A stretch of DNA of 63,872 nt, filler included, from Octopus bimaculoides (GCF_001194135.2; 6 parts of 5 records of this genome joined end to end with filler, not necessarily neighbours in it); one strand, 5' to 3'; positions 37,672 through 52,380 are shown, counted from the whole stretch's first letter. A program made the numbers and translations. The notes: a model not told the origin generated them from the sequence alone.

Positions 37672-38339
37672 TGTTATGTAAACTTCATTTAAAATGTAAG
37701 AGGAAATAGGAAATCTACTTACATATTCTTCCCTTTCAGACACACCGTAAGTGACCTGTCCAACCACGCAGTCAATTAACTTTCTTTTCTGTGGGAACTG
37801 GTGCCGCTTACCAAGAGATATTAACCACCGCAGCATCATGTGACCTTCCATGACCAATAGCAACCCATCTTCCAGGTGCCATCTTGAGCTTCTCGGATTC
37901 GTTCATTCGGCCATTCACAATGTTAGTGAAACCGACTCTGTTACAAGCCTCCGAAATTTGAAGTGGCATGTCAATCGACTGAAACAGTTTTNNNNNNNNN
38001 NNNNNNNNNNNNNNNNNNNNNNNNNNNNNNNNNNNNNNNNNNNNNNNNNNNNNNNNNNNNNNNNNNNNNNNNNNNNNNNNNNNNNNNNNNNNNNNNNNNN
38101 NNNNNNNNNNNNNNATATATTGTGTACTCGATACATTGACATGTGTAAACCTAGTCCTAATGTTCAATAACTAAGAAGGCATTTCAGAAATCTTTCATAG
38201 CAAACAAGTAATCACTTGCTCAAATTTTAAATAGAGCAACTGCATTTTTGCATGAGCACCACATTCACGCAGACACATACATAAACACGAACGCACACAC
38301 ATATATACATGCATACATATCATCGGAAATGATAGTAAC

Positions 38340-39040
38340 GTTGATCATCAAAGCAGACTCTCATGGACCAACAACCGTATTACTACCTTCCACATTGAAG
38401 GGCATGCATTTGCTATCGAAGAACAGGGAATATCAACCAAATACCTTACACACAAAAGGGACAGATGTTCAGGAAAAGCAACAAAACATGACAACCGATG
38501 CAGACTTTGTGGAGTTAACACGGAAAATATCACCCACATCATAAGCAATTTTTTGAAAAACGTAATCACGGTTATTTACCGATGAGACATGATGCTGTAA
38601 CCAAGACAATACATAACGCGATACGTCGAAAGGATAATCCCGAGGATAAATAAATAAGAAGCCACAATATGGTAGGAGCCATAGCCACTCATAATAAAAA
38701 GGCGTACTGATGAAATGTCCCAGTGAATACTTCAATAAAATGTCAACCCAATAGGCCTGACAATTATTTGGTGTACAGAAGAGAAACTGTACAGTTGTTG
38801 AAATTTGTTGCCATCTGATCTTAACCTACAGCTTAAGATCAGTGAAAACGAAAATACTACGCTGAACTTACTCTATCCAGATTACAACTTTAGGTTTATA
38901 CCTGTATTTATGTGTAACACACTGCGTAAATACCAATCTTGAGAAATTAGGTTTCTCAAAACAAGAAAGAAGAAAGCTGATTCGAAGACTTCAAATAGGG
39001 ACAACAAAACATCCAGGCAGACGATACAAAGTAAACAATG
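38340..39040 (+). mobile_element. R4/Dong-like non-LTR retrotransposon C-terminal fragment (CCHC plus RLE)
   Basis: SRLSWTNNRITTFHIEGHAFAIEEQGISTKY...DNRCRLCGVNTENITHIIS, YLPMRHDAVTKT, KCQPNRPD (38738-38761) and TVVEICC give a zinc knuckle followed by the RPD..E endonuclease motif. Confidence 0.8.
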
Positions 39041-39919
39041 ATGGGTCATTCGGAGTTTTCTATCCTTATTCGAGTTCCAGATTATCTTAAGGGCACTTAA
39101 CACATTTATTGATTTATTGGGAGTTACATATATATATATATATATATATATGCTTAGAATATCTCACCTAGCTTTGTTATTCAGGAGGGGTATCTATTTG
39201 TTCTGTATATCTCCTACTTCAGTTGCTGTTTTTTCTTGCCGTGCCCATATAACCACTTTCTTTTTCAAGGTATTCTCTGGCAGGGCAATTACGTTTCTCT
39301 TACTTTTCAGCTTTTCTTACTATAAATTCCGCCATTAATGGCCTTGAAAGAAACAGAGCATTTTTAAAACAACTAAACAACTCATCACTGATACTGTATG
39401 ACAACTGATCAGAAAAAAACAAAAACACACTGAGGTAGGAACACGTTATAATACATTTGTGGCTCGGCACTCGGTGAAACGTGCTACGAATCCCCAAAAG
39501 TTTGTCTAACATTGATGTAGTGAGCCGCGAACAATATATGTGTAAACGGTTACAAATTTTCACATTGTGTATTCACCTCAGTTCTTTAATGAAATAATTG
39601 CCAGATATCAGGAGAAGATATCCTAGATAAGTTCCATTGTTATTAAGAGCTAATGAAATTTAATATACTTTGTTATCTCACTTTGAATCTAGTAGTATTA
39701 AAGCAATATATTTATAAAGCGATCGCTATGCCAGTTTATTTAGGGTATACAAATGTAGTTAAATGGAAATAATTGTCAGACAAGATACAAAATGAATCTA
39801 TTTCTTTTATTAAATTATTTATATTGAATTTATGCTATCAATGCTCAAGGTAAAAGAAAGAACACACACAACACTCTACCTAGGAAAAACAAAGGAAAAG
39901 CATATATTGCTCAACACAT

Positions 39920-40110
39920 TGGTTTCAAATTTTGACACTAGACCCGCATTTTCGGGAGAAGGTTTAAGTCGATCACAATGACCCCAGTGTTAAACTGGTA
40001 CTTATTTAAATGACCTTCACGGGATGAAAACAAAGTAAACCTCGGCAGTTTTCGAACTCGGAACGTAAAGACAGGAGAAATGCCGCTAGACATTTTCCCG
40101 GCTTGTTAAC
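39920..40110 (-). mobile_element. SINE family E copy
   Basis: GGGATGAAAACAAAGTAAACCTCGGCAGTTTTCGAACTCGGAACGTAAAGACAGGAGAAATGCCGCTAGACATTTT matches the 23890-24040 unit. Confidence 0.75.
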
Positions 40111-42189
40111 GGTTATATATTGCTTTACACGTTAACAATTTGTGTGTAAGCAACTGAACGATATAAATTCCAAAGAAAAGCTAACATTCTGAGAAATTCA
40201 TATACGCGATATGTGTAGAGAAATATGATCTTTTTAGATGATGAGAGTAATATTTCAGTCACTATGAGTTTGCAGCATATGTCGACGTCTATGTGTCTAA
40301 ATGTGTGCATGTATGTGTGTAAATGCGCGTGTATATGAATAAAGAAACATGTTTGGACTTCCCATCATTTCGTTTGTTATTCGTTTTCATATATTAACTT
40401 GAACTTTACGCATCCCTCTTACGCTTCGGGTCAATCAATAGATACCATTATACTTGAACACAGACACACTACAGCACCGTCTATCTTCCCACGCACACGC
40501 ATAAAATAAGATTGTTGACAATTTAATTATTACCTATTTACTATATGTATATATGTGTGTGTGTGTGTAAATTTGTATTTTTAGCTGATGTTATATATGT
40601 CTATGGGGGTATGATAGGCCATATCAATTATTGAGATGGCTTTTTAAATTTTGGAAGTATACAGGAAAATAGATGTCATTAAATGGGGAATGGAGAAACA
40701 CTGATGATTGATGTAAATGTTCCTGAGATGGAAATATGATGGAGAAATTGATCAAATCACCGAACAACAAATGATATTTTGAAAAGAAATACAATAGGGT
40801 AAGAGATGTGCCAGTTCATACCTTATTTCTTCTTCAACTATATATGTATATATATATATATCGAGAGATAGAGAGAAAGAGAGAGAGAGAAAGAGAGAGA
40901 GAGAAAGAAAGAGGGAGGAGGGAGAGAGATACATATAGTACTATATAGGTATAGATATAATTATATCGAAAAATATATATTTATTTATATATACACTCAC
41001 ACGTCCACATACACACGAAAACACAAAGACACACATATATACATATATGTAAATATATATGTATACGCATATATACATATATATATATGTATATGCATAC
41101 AAATATGTGTATATGCATATAAGAGCGTGAATATGTATGCATATATATATGTATATATATGTTTGTATATATGTATATACATACGTACAGATGTACATAT
41201 GTATGTGTATGTACGTATGTACACATGTATGTATATGTATGTGCATATGTACGTATGTATGTATTTACACATGTATGTATGTATATATATATGAATGTTT
41301 GTTTTGTGTGTATGTATATGAATGTTTGTTTTGTATGTATGTATGTATGTATGTATGTACCAACAGACAAATGTAAAATTGAATATTAGCATCTAGAAGT
41401 ATAAACTACCATTGTTCGAATTTTTTCATTCAGTGTATTTTCGGTTCTTTCCCCCCTTTTTTTTTTACTATAGAATTTTCTCATAGGAAATCGTTTTTCA
41501 TTGTGATAAATAGGCGAGGAATGTCGCTAGATATATAATTCTCTAAGCTTTAAACATGTGTTTCTCTTGCATTTAAAGCGATTCTTTTCTGTATGGTGGA
41601 TGCGATGAAAAATGTTAAAATATCTGTTGATTTCACAGTTGTTATTAAGATCGATTTCAAAGATTACAAACTTCGGCAGCTGCGTGTTTGGAACACTATT
41701 ATTTCTCCATAAGTATCCCCGTATATCAGTGAAAAAAATTTGAGTCATCATACACTTTTGTGGTTTCGTTATATTGTCTGCTGTTTTAGATTAGATATAT
41801 CCTTTTCTAACAATGATTCGGGTCATTTCTTTAGAACTTGACGGAACATCTGGAGAAATGTTGGTGATTATTATTATTTACTTGTTTGTGATATCTAGAT
41901 TTTTGTTCTTGTTTTTTCTTTGGCATAAACATAAATGTTTCGATAAGCTTAGGAAAAATAGTGGAAAGATTTATTTTTTACAATAAGTAACTCTAATATT
42001 TTGGTATCAAATTTATGAAAACTATATGTAGGTGTGTGTCTGCGTGTTGTGTACATGTGCTTGTATGCGTGTCTATTTATGTACAAGTGTATCTATGTTT
42101 GCTTAAAAACACATATGTGCACGCATGTTCAGATATATTTATGAAGATACATGCATATCTATCTATCACTAAAAAAATAAATGGCATAA

Positions 42190-42670
42190 TGGGACTTGAG
42201 TATTAGGCTCGACTTAAAAAGCTAAAAGTGTATTCTCTGCAACGCCGCTGTGAGCGATACGTTATTTACACCAGGTGGAGAATATTCCACCAATATTATC
42301 CAAATGATATCGGTATTATGTTTACAATACAACCAAGATTAGGCCCACGTGCAATGTGTCCCTTACAAAGGTCGAGATCACAATACATCACATAAGAACG
42401 TTACGACACAATTTCTTGACTGCAAATGGTTCTGCTATTTTCAATGTGGTCTTGAAAGAAATTAAAGTAGGAAAACATCCTAGAACTTTCAAACGTTACC
42501 TGGACAAATTCCCTCAGGAAATACCGGATAACCACCTACACCTGGATATGTCTAAACCAGCAACGACTCTCTGCTTGAGTGGTCCATGGTGTCTCAAAAT
42601 AATTAACTAAAACACTTTTCCATGTGGTATTATTGTGTTAGTCATGGCCTGGGCCAATTATAGCCGAAAC
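42190..42670 (+). mobile_element. CR1-group LINE 3' end
   Basis: GLEY*ARLKKLKVYSLQRRCERYVIYTRWRI...PRLGPRA...GSAIFNVV...FKRYLDKF..EIPD; same family type as 63135-63765. Confidence 0.8.
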
Positions 42671-44519
42671 CAATCTAAGTTATATACATTGACAATAAAC
42701 ATACATATACAGGAATATATATATATATATATATGGTGAAAGCGAGAGGGAGCTGAATATCAAATTCTGTGCAGGAGTGTTTGCACTTGATATTCTTGCA
42801 GTGTATGCAGATAACACAACCTAACTTACTGAAAAGATCTGCTTTTGGTTCTTCAGACATGTGCTTTTATAAAAATATCGAAATACTTTTTAATAATATT
42901 TCTGAAGTGCAGTTTCCAGCAATTGCTTTAACATATTCGTATCACCAACGCGTCTCAAATATTTACATTGATTCCGCTCCTGTATCTTTGGCAGAATGAG
43001 TTTAGAACATAGTCTGTGTAGTGTCGAACGTACTAGAATTTGGAGGTTAATACAGGGGGAGGAATAATTGAGAGTAGTGACCTATTTACCTGCATTTCGA
43101 AGAAAATAGAGGGTAATGTAGTCTTCAATCATCGAAATTAAATCTTTTGGGGGTTGTAGCTCTATTCTAGACAAAGGTGATAAATCAATTAATATCATCA
43201 CAACCTACTAGACTACTGGAACCTTATATCCGACTTTGTCTATACCAAACGGTAAGGTGTGGGGTGGTAAAAGAAGGAGGAATTCTTGATGGGGAAGAGG
43301 CAAAAATTGGAAGAAAGAAGAATAGGAAGAGCTAATAATACTTATTTTGGTTTTCATCTTAAAAGGAAAAGTAATGAAAAACTAAAGGAAAAAGTATTAG
43401 AAATTAGGGGTGGAAGATACGTTCAGTGAATAAGTGAAGGAACACATTGGAACTTAGCATATTTGTAATGATAAAGCAGCATATAATTAAACATACAGAA
43501 GTTACACTTAAATTTTTAATAATGGGATACTTGAAGATTTAAGAGACATTTAAAGACTTTTCATAAATGTAGTATATAGAATATCTTGGTAAAATATTAT
43601 ATGATGAATGTATAATGGAAATATTTATAATACAAATAGATACGGGTGGGTAAAGACAGTATATGGTAAGAAATGAGATCTAACGTATAGAATAAGTAAA
43701 TTACAGATATTAAATATATAAAGGAGTAATTCAGATACAAGGTATAAAGAAATTTAGTCCTATAATCACATAATGAATATCGTGTATAATTAAAAATATG
43801 ATAATATGAGATTACAGTATACAGTGAAGTTTATGGAATCAGTATAAATTGTCACAAATTTGTAAGCTATAAAAACTATAAAAATATATAAAAACATAAG
43901 ATATAATATAAACTATACAATTGAAAATATATTAAAGGGTATATATAAAGATATAAAATATAGAAAGTTCATAAAATATTTGTTTAAATATTTTTTTTAA
44001 TAAAAACGTATGTTTATATAAAAGGGTATAAAGGTGATATAAATGAGGATATAAGATAACGTAATTTTTTTTATTTTACATTTGTATTCATATATAGAAA
44101 AAAATATAACCCAAATATTGTTACTACAAGATAAAATAATATATAAATATAACAAGTTTTAGTACAGACAAAATTACGTTTGGAAATGGGTTTATAAGAT
44201 ATATCTAAAGTGCATCAAAGAAAATGATCGAGGCAGAATATTAACAGATCTTAGAGTGTATATTTTATATTTAGGGGAATACGAAATTTAAGAATCAATT
44301 AAAAGGTATAAATGCATTTTATATCAACCATTATAGAAGAGATTCACCACTGGGAAGGGTTAAATAAATATTGTAATTATTAAAAGTTTATAGATGGGAA
44401 GAGCTAAGGTTCACTAGAATTTATTATAGAATGGGTGTTGACATCGCAGATACTAGGCTATAAATGATATGGCATCCTGAACAACTTGTCATCAAAAATA
44501 CAGTATGATACAATTAAAA

Positions 44520-46050
44520 TTATTAATTACCTGCTTGTAAAATATTTAAAAGTACAGGTGTTCCTATGAACTCATGACACCGTAAGATCTAATTCCCCAT
44601 TAGTTAGGTTGTGTATATCTCTATATTTGAATATTTCCAATATCTCCATACAACATAGTCTACACCCATACCGGTGAATTGTGTATAGCTTAGCTCTACA
44701 TGTATATCCCACTTTAGACCGAATTTAATTTTGTTATGCTTAAGTACCCAGATTTTCGTAGATAATGAGGTACATCTGGATTTATGCCTAGCTCTAAAGG
44801 ACGAAATATGGTCGTTCAAGCGTTTTTTTCATATTTACTGAGCACCCGATATAAATAAAGTTATTAGTTTCTGTCAGTACTGCAAATTTATATATAACAT
44901 TTCCTGCTAAACACTGACCTCAAGCGGGCAGTGGGATCTTTCCTTACAATTGCAACTGCGATTATTATTAGTAGTAGTATTTCTAATTCTTTTACTCATC
45001 TTTCTAGTGCCATCATTCGGGGCACTGTTCACATTCATAGAAGTATTATAAAAGATTATGTCGCTATTACTCGAGTTTTTATAATTGGTATTATTACTTA
45101 TACTTATATTAACCCTACTAACCTGGATTGTATCATTAGTTGTGCAACCAACGTATAATGGCAGTATGCGGGATATCTGGAGTTCAGATTTTCCTACAGG
45201 AGAAGAGTGTTCTATATTTATGTGGGGCTGGGAAGTTTTTCTCCAAAATCGCTATAGAGATTTTCTATATATATTAGCAGATCTTGCGCAATTGAAAGAA
45301 AGGTTATACCAGGCTATATCATTATTCTAAGTATACTTATGGTTATGAAAGTAGACCCTATCAGTCCCTCTGTTATCTCTCAAGCCTCTACATAGATTAT
45401 TAATTATACTATTTCTATCACCGTTTATATTATTGCTAGTATTGACTCTACCCCTCCTGTTTATATCATCTCTATTATTATATATTTCAGATATTTTTCC
45501 ATCCTTAGTATCTGTTTCATCATTGTTATACTTATTCTTTATTCTAATACGATTATTGTGAACATTTTTACTAGATCTATACGGCAGGTTAGACGAACTA
45601 TTGGTCTGTTTCTCGTTTTGATTAATTTTATTATATTTAGCGGACTTCCTGAGTTAAAGGATGCAATCTTCTGATTATATTTCGCCTTCAATAGAGTAGA
45701 GTTATGCAAGTGAGAATATGAGCTAAATATATCAATATTAGCCGATAATTGCGTAATTCTCTCTGAAATTCCTCTTACTAATGATTTTATTACATTAGGT
45801 GGTTGATTAGAGGATCTGTTCTCATACTTGGTAACCTCATCTGGTTTTCTATAGGGGTAATATAAGCCGCAGTTTGCATTTAAGGTAGTATTTAAGAAGT
45901 TAACTACCTTACTATCTTATTCGAAAATGAGTCCTAGATTAAAGTTTTTTTCAGATTTTTAAAACTTTCTTCCGTATTCTTTCTGTGGTGGTCCTACTGT
46001 TACTAGGTATATATACTAGGTATATTGTGGTATATATATCATAAAGAACA
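44520..46050 (-). pseudogene. Penelope-like element with C-terminal GIY-YIG endonuclease (thumb, linker, EN), decayed
   Basis: Reverse strand in order: SSNQPPNVIKSL, IAWYNLSF, SCNCKERSHCPL/GQCLAGNVIYKFAVLTETNNFIYIGCS, RLNDHISSFRARHKSRCTSLSTKIWVLKH and CRLCCMEILEI..NLTN..*VHRN. Several frameshifts. Confidence 0.85.
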
Positions 46051-46782
46051 ATGCAAAATTTTATATCTTCAAAGTTACCCACATGTTGGATACGTGCCCT
46101 AGTGCTGTTTGGTGTACATATTCATATCTACTGCAATTCATTTAAATTTAAATCAACTAAATGCATATAACTGCTACATGAAAGAACACTAGGACACTCA
46201 TACAGCTGAAACACTTATCGGATGGAAACTGATGAGAATAACTCTTAATTAACCAATTTCGAAGATTGAAAATTCTCCACACTTCTTTATTCTGTCGTGA
46301 TTTTATGCTCTGTATACTGCATGAAATCCATCGTAGCGAGCTCAGAATCTACTTATCGAGTGAAGTACAGTTTAATTGTTTATTGTAAACAATTCATACG
46401 CCACTGATCATCGTATGTGGTTAGCCACACCTCTATTAAATCAGGACGCAAATACGAAACAAAGAACATAACACACTGAATGTAAGAATGAACAGAAGAT
46501 AAGAAGAAGGTTCTTAATTATTCATCAGTTAGCAATCAATTGGTAATATTCGGTTTGGCACCTTTAACCATAACTCTGAGTGCTTCCCAGTTGACGGTGC
46601 CCGCAAAAAATACCGTATCTTTAAAGTTGCGTAACTGAATATTAACAATTGGTGATTAACTGATGAAGAACAACGGACCTTCTGTTTCTCTTCTGTTTGT
46701 TTTTACATTTAGTATAAATTATGGCGTTTGTTTATACCTTTTTTCATTTATCAAGTAATGGAACGCAAAACATTTCGAATTT

Positions 46783-46831
<49 letters not shown>

Positions 46832-46832
<1 letters not shown>

Positions 46833-47368
46833 CATGACGTTTTACCATCGCCAAATTAACCTCTAGCGTTATAGTATGACGCTTAGCACTTTCACCAGGA
46901 CTTTTCTTGGGAGGCATGGGGCTAAAAATTAAAGTTACAAATGAATGTAAATGAGAGAATCTAAAAGATGAATAGATGTAAACAAATCTGAATTCAAAAC
47001 AACCACGGGAATCACGATGACGCCAAACGGTAGATATTGGAACTACTAGTGCTCCGAAAGGCAGATAAGACAACACAACTAATGTCATACTTTAGTGAAA
47101 TATGCTACACTAATTTATGGTGTGTATTTTAGCATTTACTGTATTTTAATATGATTTTATACGCTTTTATTCTCATTTTTTGTAACATGATGTTATGTGT
47201 TTTTAATGTTTTTTAAAGTTACTTACGATTACAATTTTATTGGCGGACCGACATAAAGTCGAGGAAATCGCCTTAACTTGATGTTTATTTTTCCATATAT
47301 TATTTTTGAAAACTATCGTATCTTCGAGAACGACTTAATTCAAAACTATTTAAGCCAAGGTACCCCTA
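46832..47368 (-). mobile_element. Tigger/pogo-like DNA transposon 5' end with start of transposase HTH
   Basis: MPPKKSPGESAKRHTITLEVNLAMVKRHD (46918-46832) resembles the CENP-B/Tigger N-terminal KRK.ITLE.K..I.KR.E motif; terminus AGGGGTACCTTGGCTTAA near 47367 resembles a Tigger TIR. Confidence 0.6.
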
Positions 47369-47384
47369 TCTATATATGTGTTTA

Positions 47385-47423
<39 letters not shown>

Positions 47424-47747
47424 GTGTGTGTGCGTGCGTGNNNNNNNNNNNNNNNNNNNNNNNNNNNNNNNNNNNNNNNNNNNNNNNNNNNNNNNNNNNN
47501 NNNNNNNNNNNNNNNNNNNNNNNNNNNNNNNNNNNNNNNNNNNNNNNNNNNNNNNNNNNNNNNNNNNNNNNNNNNNNNNNNNNNNNNNNNNNNNNNNNNN
47601 NNNNNNNNNNNNNNNNNNNNNNNNNNNNNNNNNNNNNNNNNNNNNNNNNNNNNNNNNNNNNNNNNNNNNNNNNNNNNNNNNNNNNNNNNNNNNNNNNNNN
47701 NNNNNNNNNNNNNNNNNNNNNNNNNNNNNNNNNNNNNNNNNNNNNNN

Positions 47748-47779
<32 letters not shown>

Positions 47780-50700
47780 TCATAATTTGCAACTCACTTT
47801 ATACTGGCGAATCCAAATGATTCGTTTTTAACAACTGAATAATTTTATTCGGATTAAGTATATTTAATTTCATTCATATTATCAAATGTTTTCAACAAGT
47901 TGCCATTGTTACCGAGTGTCACTGAAAATGCATTACATAAAATAATCATTTTTTTTATTCATAGTTCATTTACAATTGTTACCTTTAAACATAATTAACA
48001 GCATCTTAACATCAATATATGCCCCCATTAACTAGTCATTTCCCGAATAAGATATTCGTTAAATATCACATTGAACATGTTTACTTCCCGTCAAACTGGA
48101 TGCACGTAACTGATCAATATCGATGCAGAGCTTAATTTAATGACCCGCTTCTGCTATTGTCCATCTCAACAGTAATCAATCGCGAGTAAGAAAATGTAAG
48201 ACAGAGATGAGAAGCAATTCTTACATATTATATATTAGGAGATTATGATACACACACGCACACACACTCATACACACACACACACTCACCCGTATATATA
48301 AATACATACAAACATAGGCACGCACACACACACAAAGAAAATACATATATATATATATGGATGCCAATAAAGACAAAAAAAATGGAGTGTGTATATGTAT
48401 TCATGTATATGATTGTACTTATTCCTACATATACATATATAAATATAGGAGGAGTTATCGGTCACCTTCCAGAATCAGCAGCATATATCATTTACAAAAC
48501 ATTTATATATTAAGATTGCCTATAATCGGATTGCTTTCTTCGCATATTCATGGTAATATTGTTGCGCTAGTGCTTATTTTGCACCCACTGGAAAATTTCT
48601 GTGAGTCGCTTTGTTTCATGAATGATTTATAGCATTGACTAAACCCTTCATGTCAATTTGGCAGCTGAGTGTCTGAACTAGTTCAATGTTTGATTTATGA
48701 TCTGAGATTGTGTTGCTAGAATCGAATGTGAAAATATCAAAAATTTCTTTAATAATAATTTTTGTATGGAATTCGGTGAGATTTTGAGGCTAGAAAAGAC
48801 TGTGCATTCTGGTCGGTTGCTGAGACATGTAATGATGGAAATAGTATTTCAAGCAAAAGTTTAAGGGATTAATATGTCTTATTTTACAAAACAACACCCA
48901 TTTGAAGTAAGAGCTGCATATATATCTGCCAAAATAGCACATCCAATACACCCAAGCTGATAGATGAGGAGGTTGAATTGAACTTCGCAGGCAAAAGGCA
49001 AAGAGCAGGATCAAATACTGCTAGACAGGCAGTATAAAGATCTGCAGAACGTCTGGATAGATAGTTTTATGTCATCTCTGGATTGATTATCAGTATTCGG
49101 GCTAATACTGAGGTATTTTTCCATTTCACATGAAGTAATGATGTCTTTAATTTCATGCAACAAGAACTTTTTTCTCTTTGTTTTTCTTTTTTTTTTTGAG
49201 TTGGTTTTATATATTTTCGCTTACGTATTGAGTAGTGTGCATGATTTAATTTTTCAGCTTGTTCAGGTATTTTTTCTTTTTTCTATGATATTGCGATTGT
49301 TTATTGCTGAATTGGTAAAACTGATAAAACTGTTTGGAGATTTACCAATTCAGCAATAAACAATCGCAATATCATAGAAAAAAATATCTGAACAAGCTGA
49401 AAAATTAAATCATGCATACTACTCAATACTGATAAAACTGTTTGGAGATGAAGTATTTCTATGTAATGAAATTTTTGAAGCTGTTATTTTCGTATATTTC
49501 ATTTTGTAAGTTTTTCTTTTTTTGTCCTAAATCAACACAATTCGATGTTTTTTCAGTTTGTTCTTAGTTTGTCTAAAGCTTTCAACGTCTTGTTTTCTTT
49601 TCTTTTTTTCTTATCTTGTTTTCAAATTTGCATTGTAATAATTTTGTTCAAAAAATGAAATCAATATAGTCATTTTTCAAGAGAGTCATATTATTAAAGC
49701 ATATAAACTCACTCAGCCATTTTAGTTTATCTGCATTCCTTTATCTATTTCTCACATACATTTTTACCATACAAATCCTGTAACTGTACCAGTAATTATA
49801 TAATTCGTTAATGAAATAAACTTCATTTGTTTTTTGGGGTTTTTTGGGGTTTTTTTGTGCTACATTGTATTTCTATGGCAATTTTGTGGGCTGATGACAT
49901 AATTTAATAATATTTATTTATTTGTATATTTTGCATTCTTTCGTTGTTACCAAAGTAAAAATTCGTTAGTGTGGGTGTAACTGAGGTGGTTGATTTCATT
50001 ACTAATAGTCTAATTATATCCTTATTCTACTAATACTATAGTGGTAGGCTCTGGTTAAAGCATGTCATTACAATATTCATTCTCTGTTCTGTGGCTGTAT
50101 GAGTCTGCTTTCAATAATTGTACAGCATCTGTATTTTGTCTGAATTATTCAGTGAATTCTGTTAGGGAGTGAAAAAAGCTCTACCGAGAAATTAATTGAG
50201 AAAAATAAACTCCAAAGTGTGTTGTTCACCCACATAGGGCAAACTCAATACTTTTGGAAGTAAACTCACATGAATGAGCAAAATTAGGTTTATTTATTGA
50301 AGAGATAGCTATGTTCAAATTGTTGCTGTTCAGTGTTTCATACTAATGCCGGTAGATTGGGCAAGGAGTAACAAATGAAATCAGTCTTTTGCTGCGGTAA
50401 ACCTTGCTTAAATAAGGAAGGAATTATTGCAACACATCCACACACACATGCACATACACACGCACACACACGCACGGACACACACGCACGGACACACAAC
50501 CATATGTGTATATANNNNNNNNNNNNNNNNNNNNNNNNNNNNNNNNNNNNNNNNNNNNTTAATTAATTAANNNNNNNNNNNNNNNNNNNNNNNNNNNNNN
50601 NNNNNNNNNNNNNNATATATACATACATACATACAACAATGCATATAAACACATATACACATCCACACACGTATAGATGCGTCACTGCTTTGTGTTTAGA

Positions 50701-52380
50701 TATATTTTTACATGCATGAATATTTGTAATTCTGTCGTCATGCTTTTAAGTTTACAAACACTTTTTTCCTGAGCTAACATTTATTTTTCGCCAACATGTC
50801 ACATTCTCTTTCTAGCATTACTGTTCATACTTAAACAGTTTCCATCCCATCAAACTAAAAGCTATGAGTAAATTTTTTTTACTGAATTTTAGTAATCTGT
50901 TGTATTGTTACCTCCCTACGACATTATTATATCTTTCTAACTCTTGTTTGCTTCTAAAAATTTCTCCTAATTCTTCCTTACGGTGCGTACTTTTGTAGCA
51001 TACTTGCACATGTTTACATGTGTACACACATGGACACACACACAGGTATATGGAAGCATCCGTCAAATATGTGAAACCATCGATCTGTACTACGAAGTTC
51101 TTGATTTCATTCTTTTTCCACTCTTGTATTATAAATGATACCTATGGCCACAAAACAACTAACTCTCCCTATATAAAGATCCGTATATAAAGATCCGTAT
51201 ATAAGATCCGTATATAAATTATAATCATCTTGCTGCGTGATCTAATACGGATGATTTGAAATGTATAACAAGGCTATGAACTAAGGATGTATGTACAGAA
51301 CTATATATGACTATATCCACTAGATATAAATCACCATTGGATGAGAACAGCATTCAGATATGTAAAATGATAATGCCGGAGGGTATTAGAAATCATGCAA
51401 ATTCATCAGAAAATAGACCAAATTCGGGATCAGATCAAACAAGCAAAATTACTAGAAAGGGCAATCTTATGGTATGACAACAAAAGACTGCAGGATCTGA
51501 TGTTCATGGATGATTCACGCACAAACGAAGTAACCTTTAAGTGTAGAAAAACTCTGCTCAAGGTGAAATTAAGGGAAATACTACACGGGAAATTAGAGAA
51601 GAAACTAATAGTAAAATCGTTTACTCTAATATGATGTAAATACCATCTATTTAAGAAGCACCTTGGGAGCTAGAATAACTGAAGTTAACCCATACTTAAA
51701 ATGGGTTGTAGTGTAAAGCACATATATACATGAAAGGCCCGTGTTATGACATAACTACAAATTATATCGGTGTGAAAGCTCATGGTATTGCCGAAAGGAT
51801 TGGGATGTGATATAAATGAAACGAAAGAATAAAGAGGTGTAATTGCTCATTGACAATGTAAAAGTAGCTTTCAGTGGATCAAACGCTATGATTGACCTAA
51901 TGTTCATTCTACGCATTCAAGCTCTCTGACACTACGACAAGTCACAAAAGCCGTACACCTACAGAACGATTTCGCACAGTCCAAAGAGTGTATGAAAAGG
52001 CAACCACCGTCACCATCACCACCACCAGCATGACAACCAACACAACCGTCACTACCACCACCATTATCAACGCCACCAACACTGCCACCTCGACAATCAC
52101 CCACACCGCCACCGCTAACATCACAATCACAACCTCCCCCACATCCACAGTCGCCAGTGCACCGCTGCTGCGCCACGACAACGACGACCGTCATCACAAC
52201 CATCCATCTTCCACTACCTTCACAATAACGCAAATACGAGGACTAAACATTTAACTTAACTCAACCATACACATAAATACCGACGCGCACACAAATAAAA
52301 GAAGTATTCTTCAACTGTTGCGTGTAGACGTTGTATTACAAAACGATAGAAACGAAATATATGATGTAATAACCGCTAAG

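Noticed and set aside
37730-37991. Moderately GC-rich unique-looking segment
   Set aside because: Weak and conflicting resemblance to CR1-like (plus) or RTE-like (minus) RT ends; cannot be assigned without a search.
48450-50340. Long non-microsatellite region, also 25000-25900, 39200-39560 and 41480-41990
   Set aside because: Scattered hints of decayed Penelope-like sequence, but no motif series strong enough to support a feature.
51290-51900. 79-aa ORF MQIHQK...ILHGKL
   Set aside because: Possibly another R4-like remnant, but the similarity is too weak to call.
51960-52235. Thr-rich ORF, and a similar tract at 19440-19680
   Set aside because: Degenerate (ACC)n low-complexity DNA; open on both strands.
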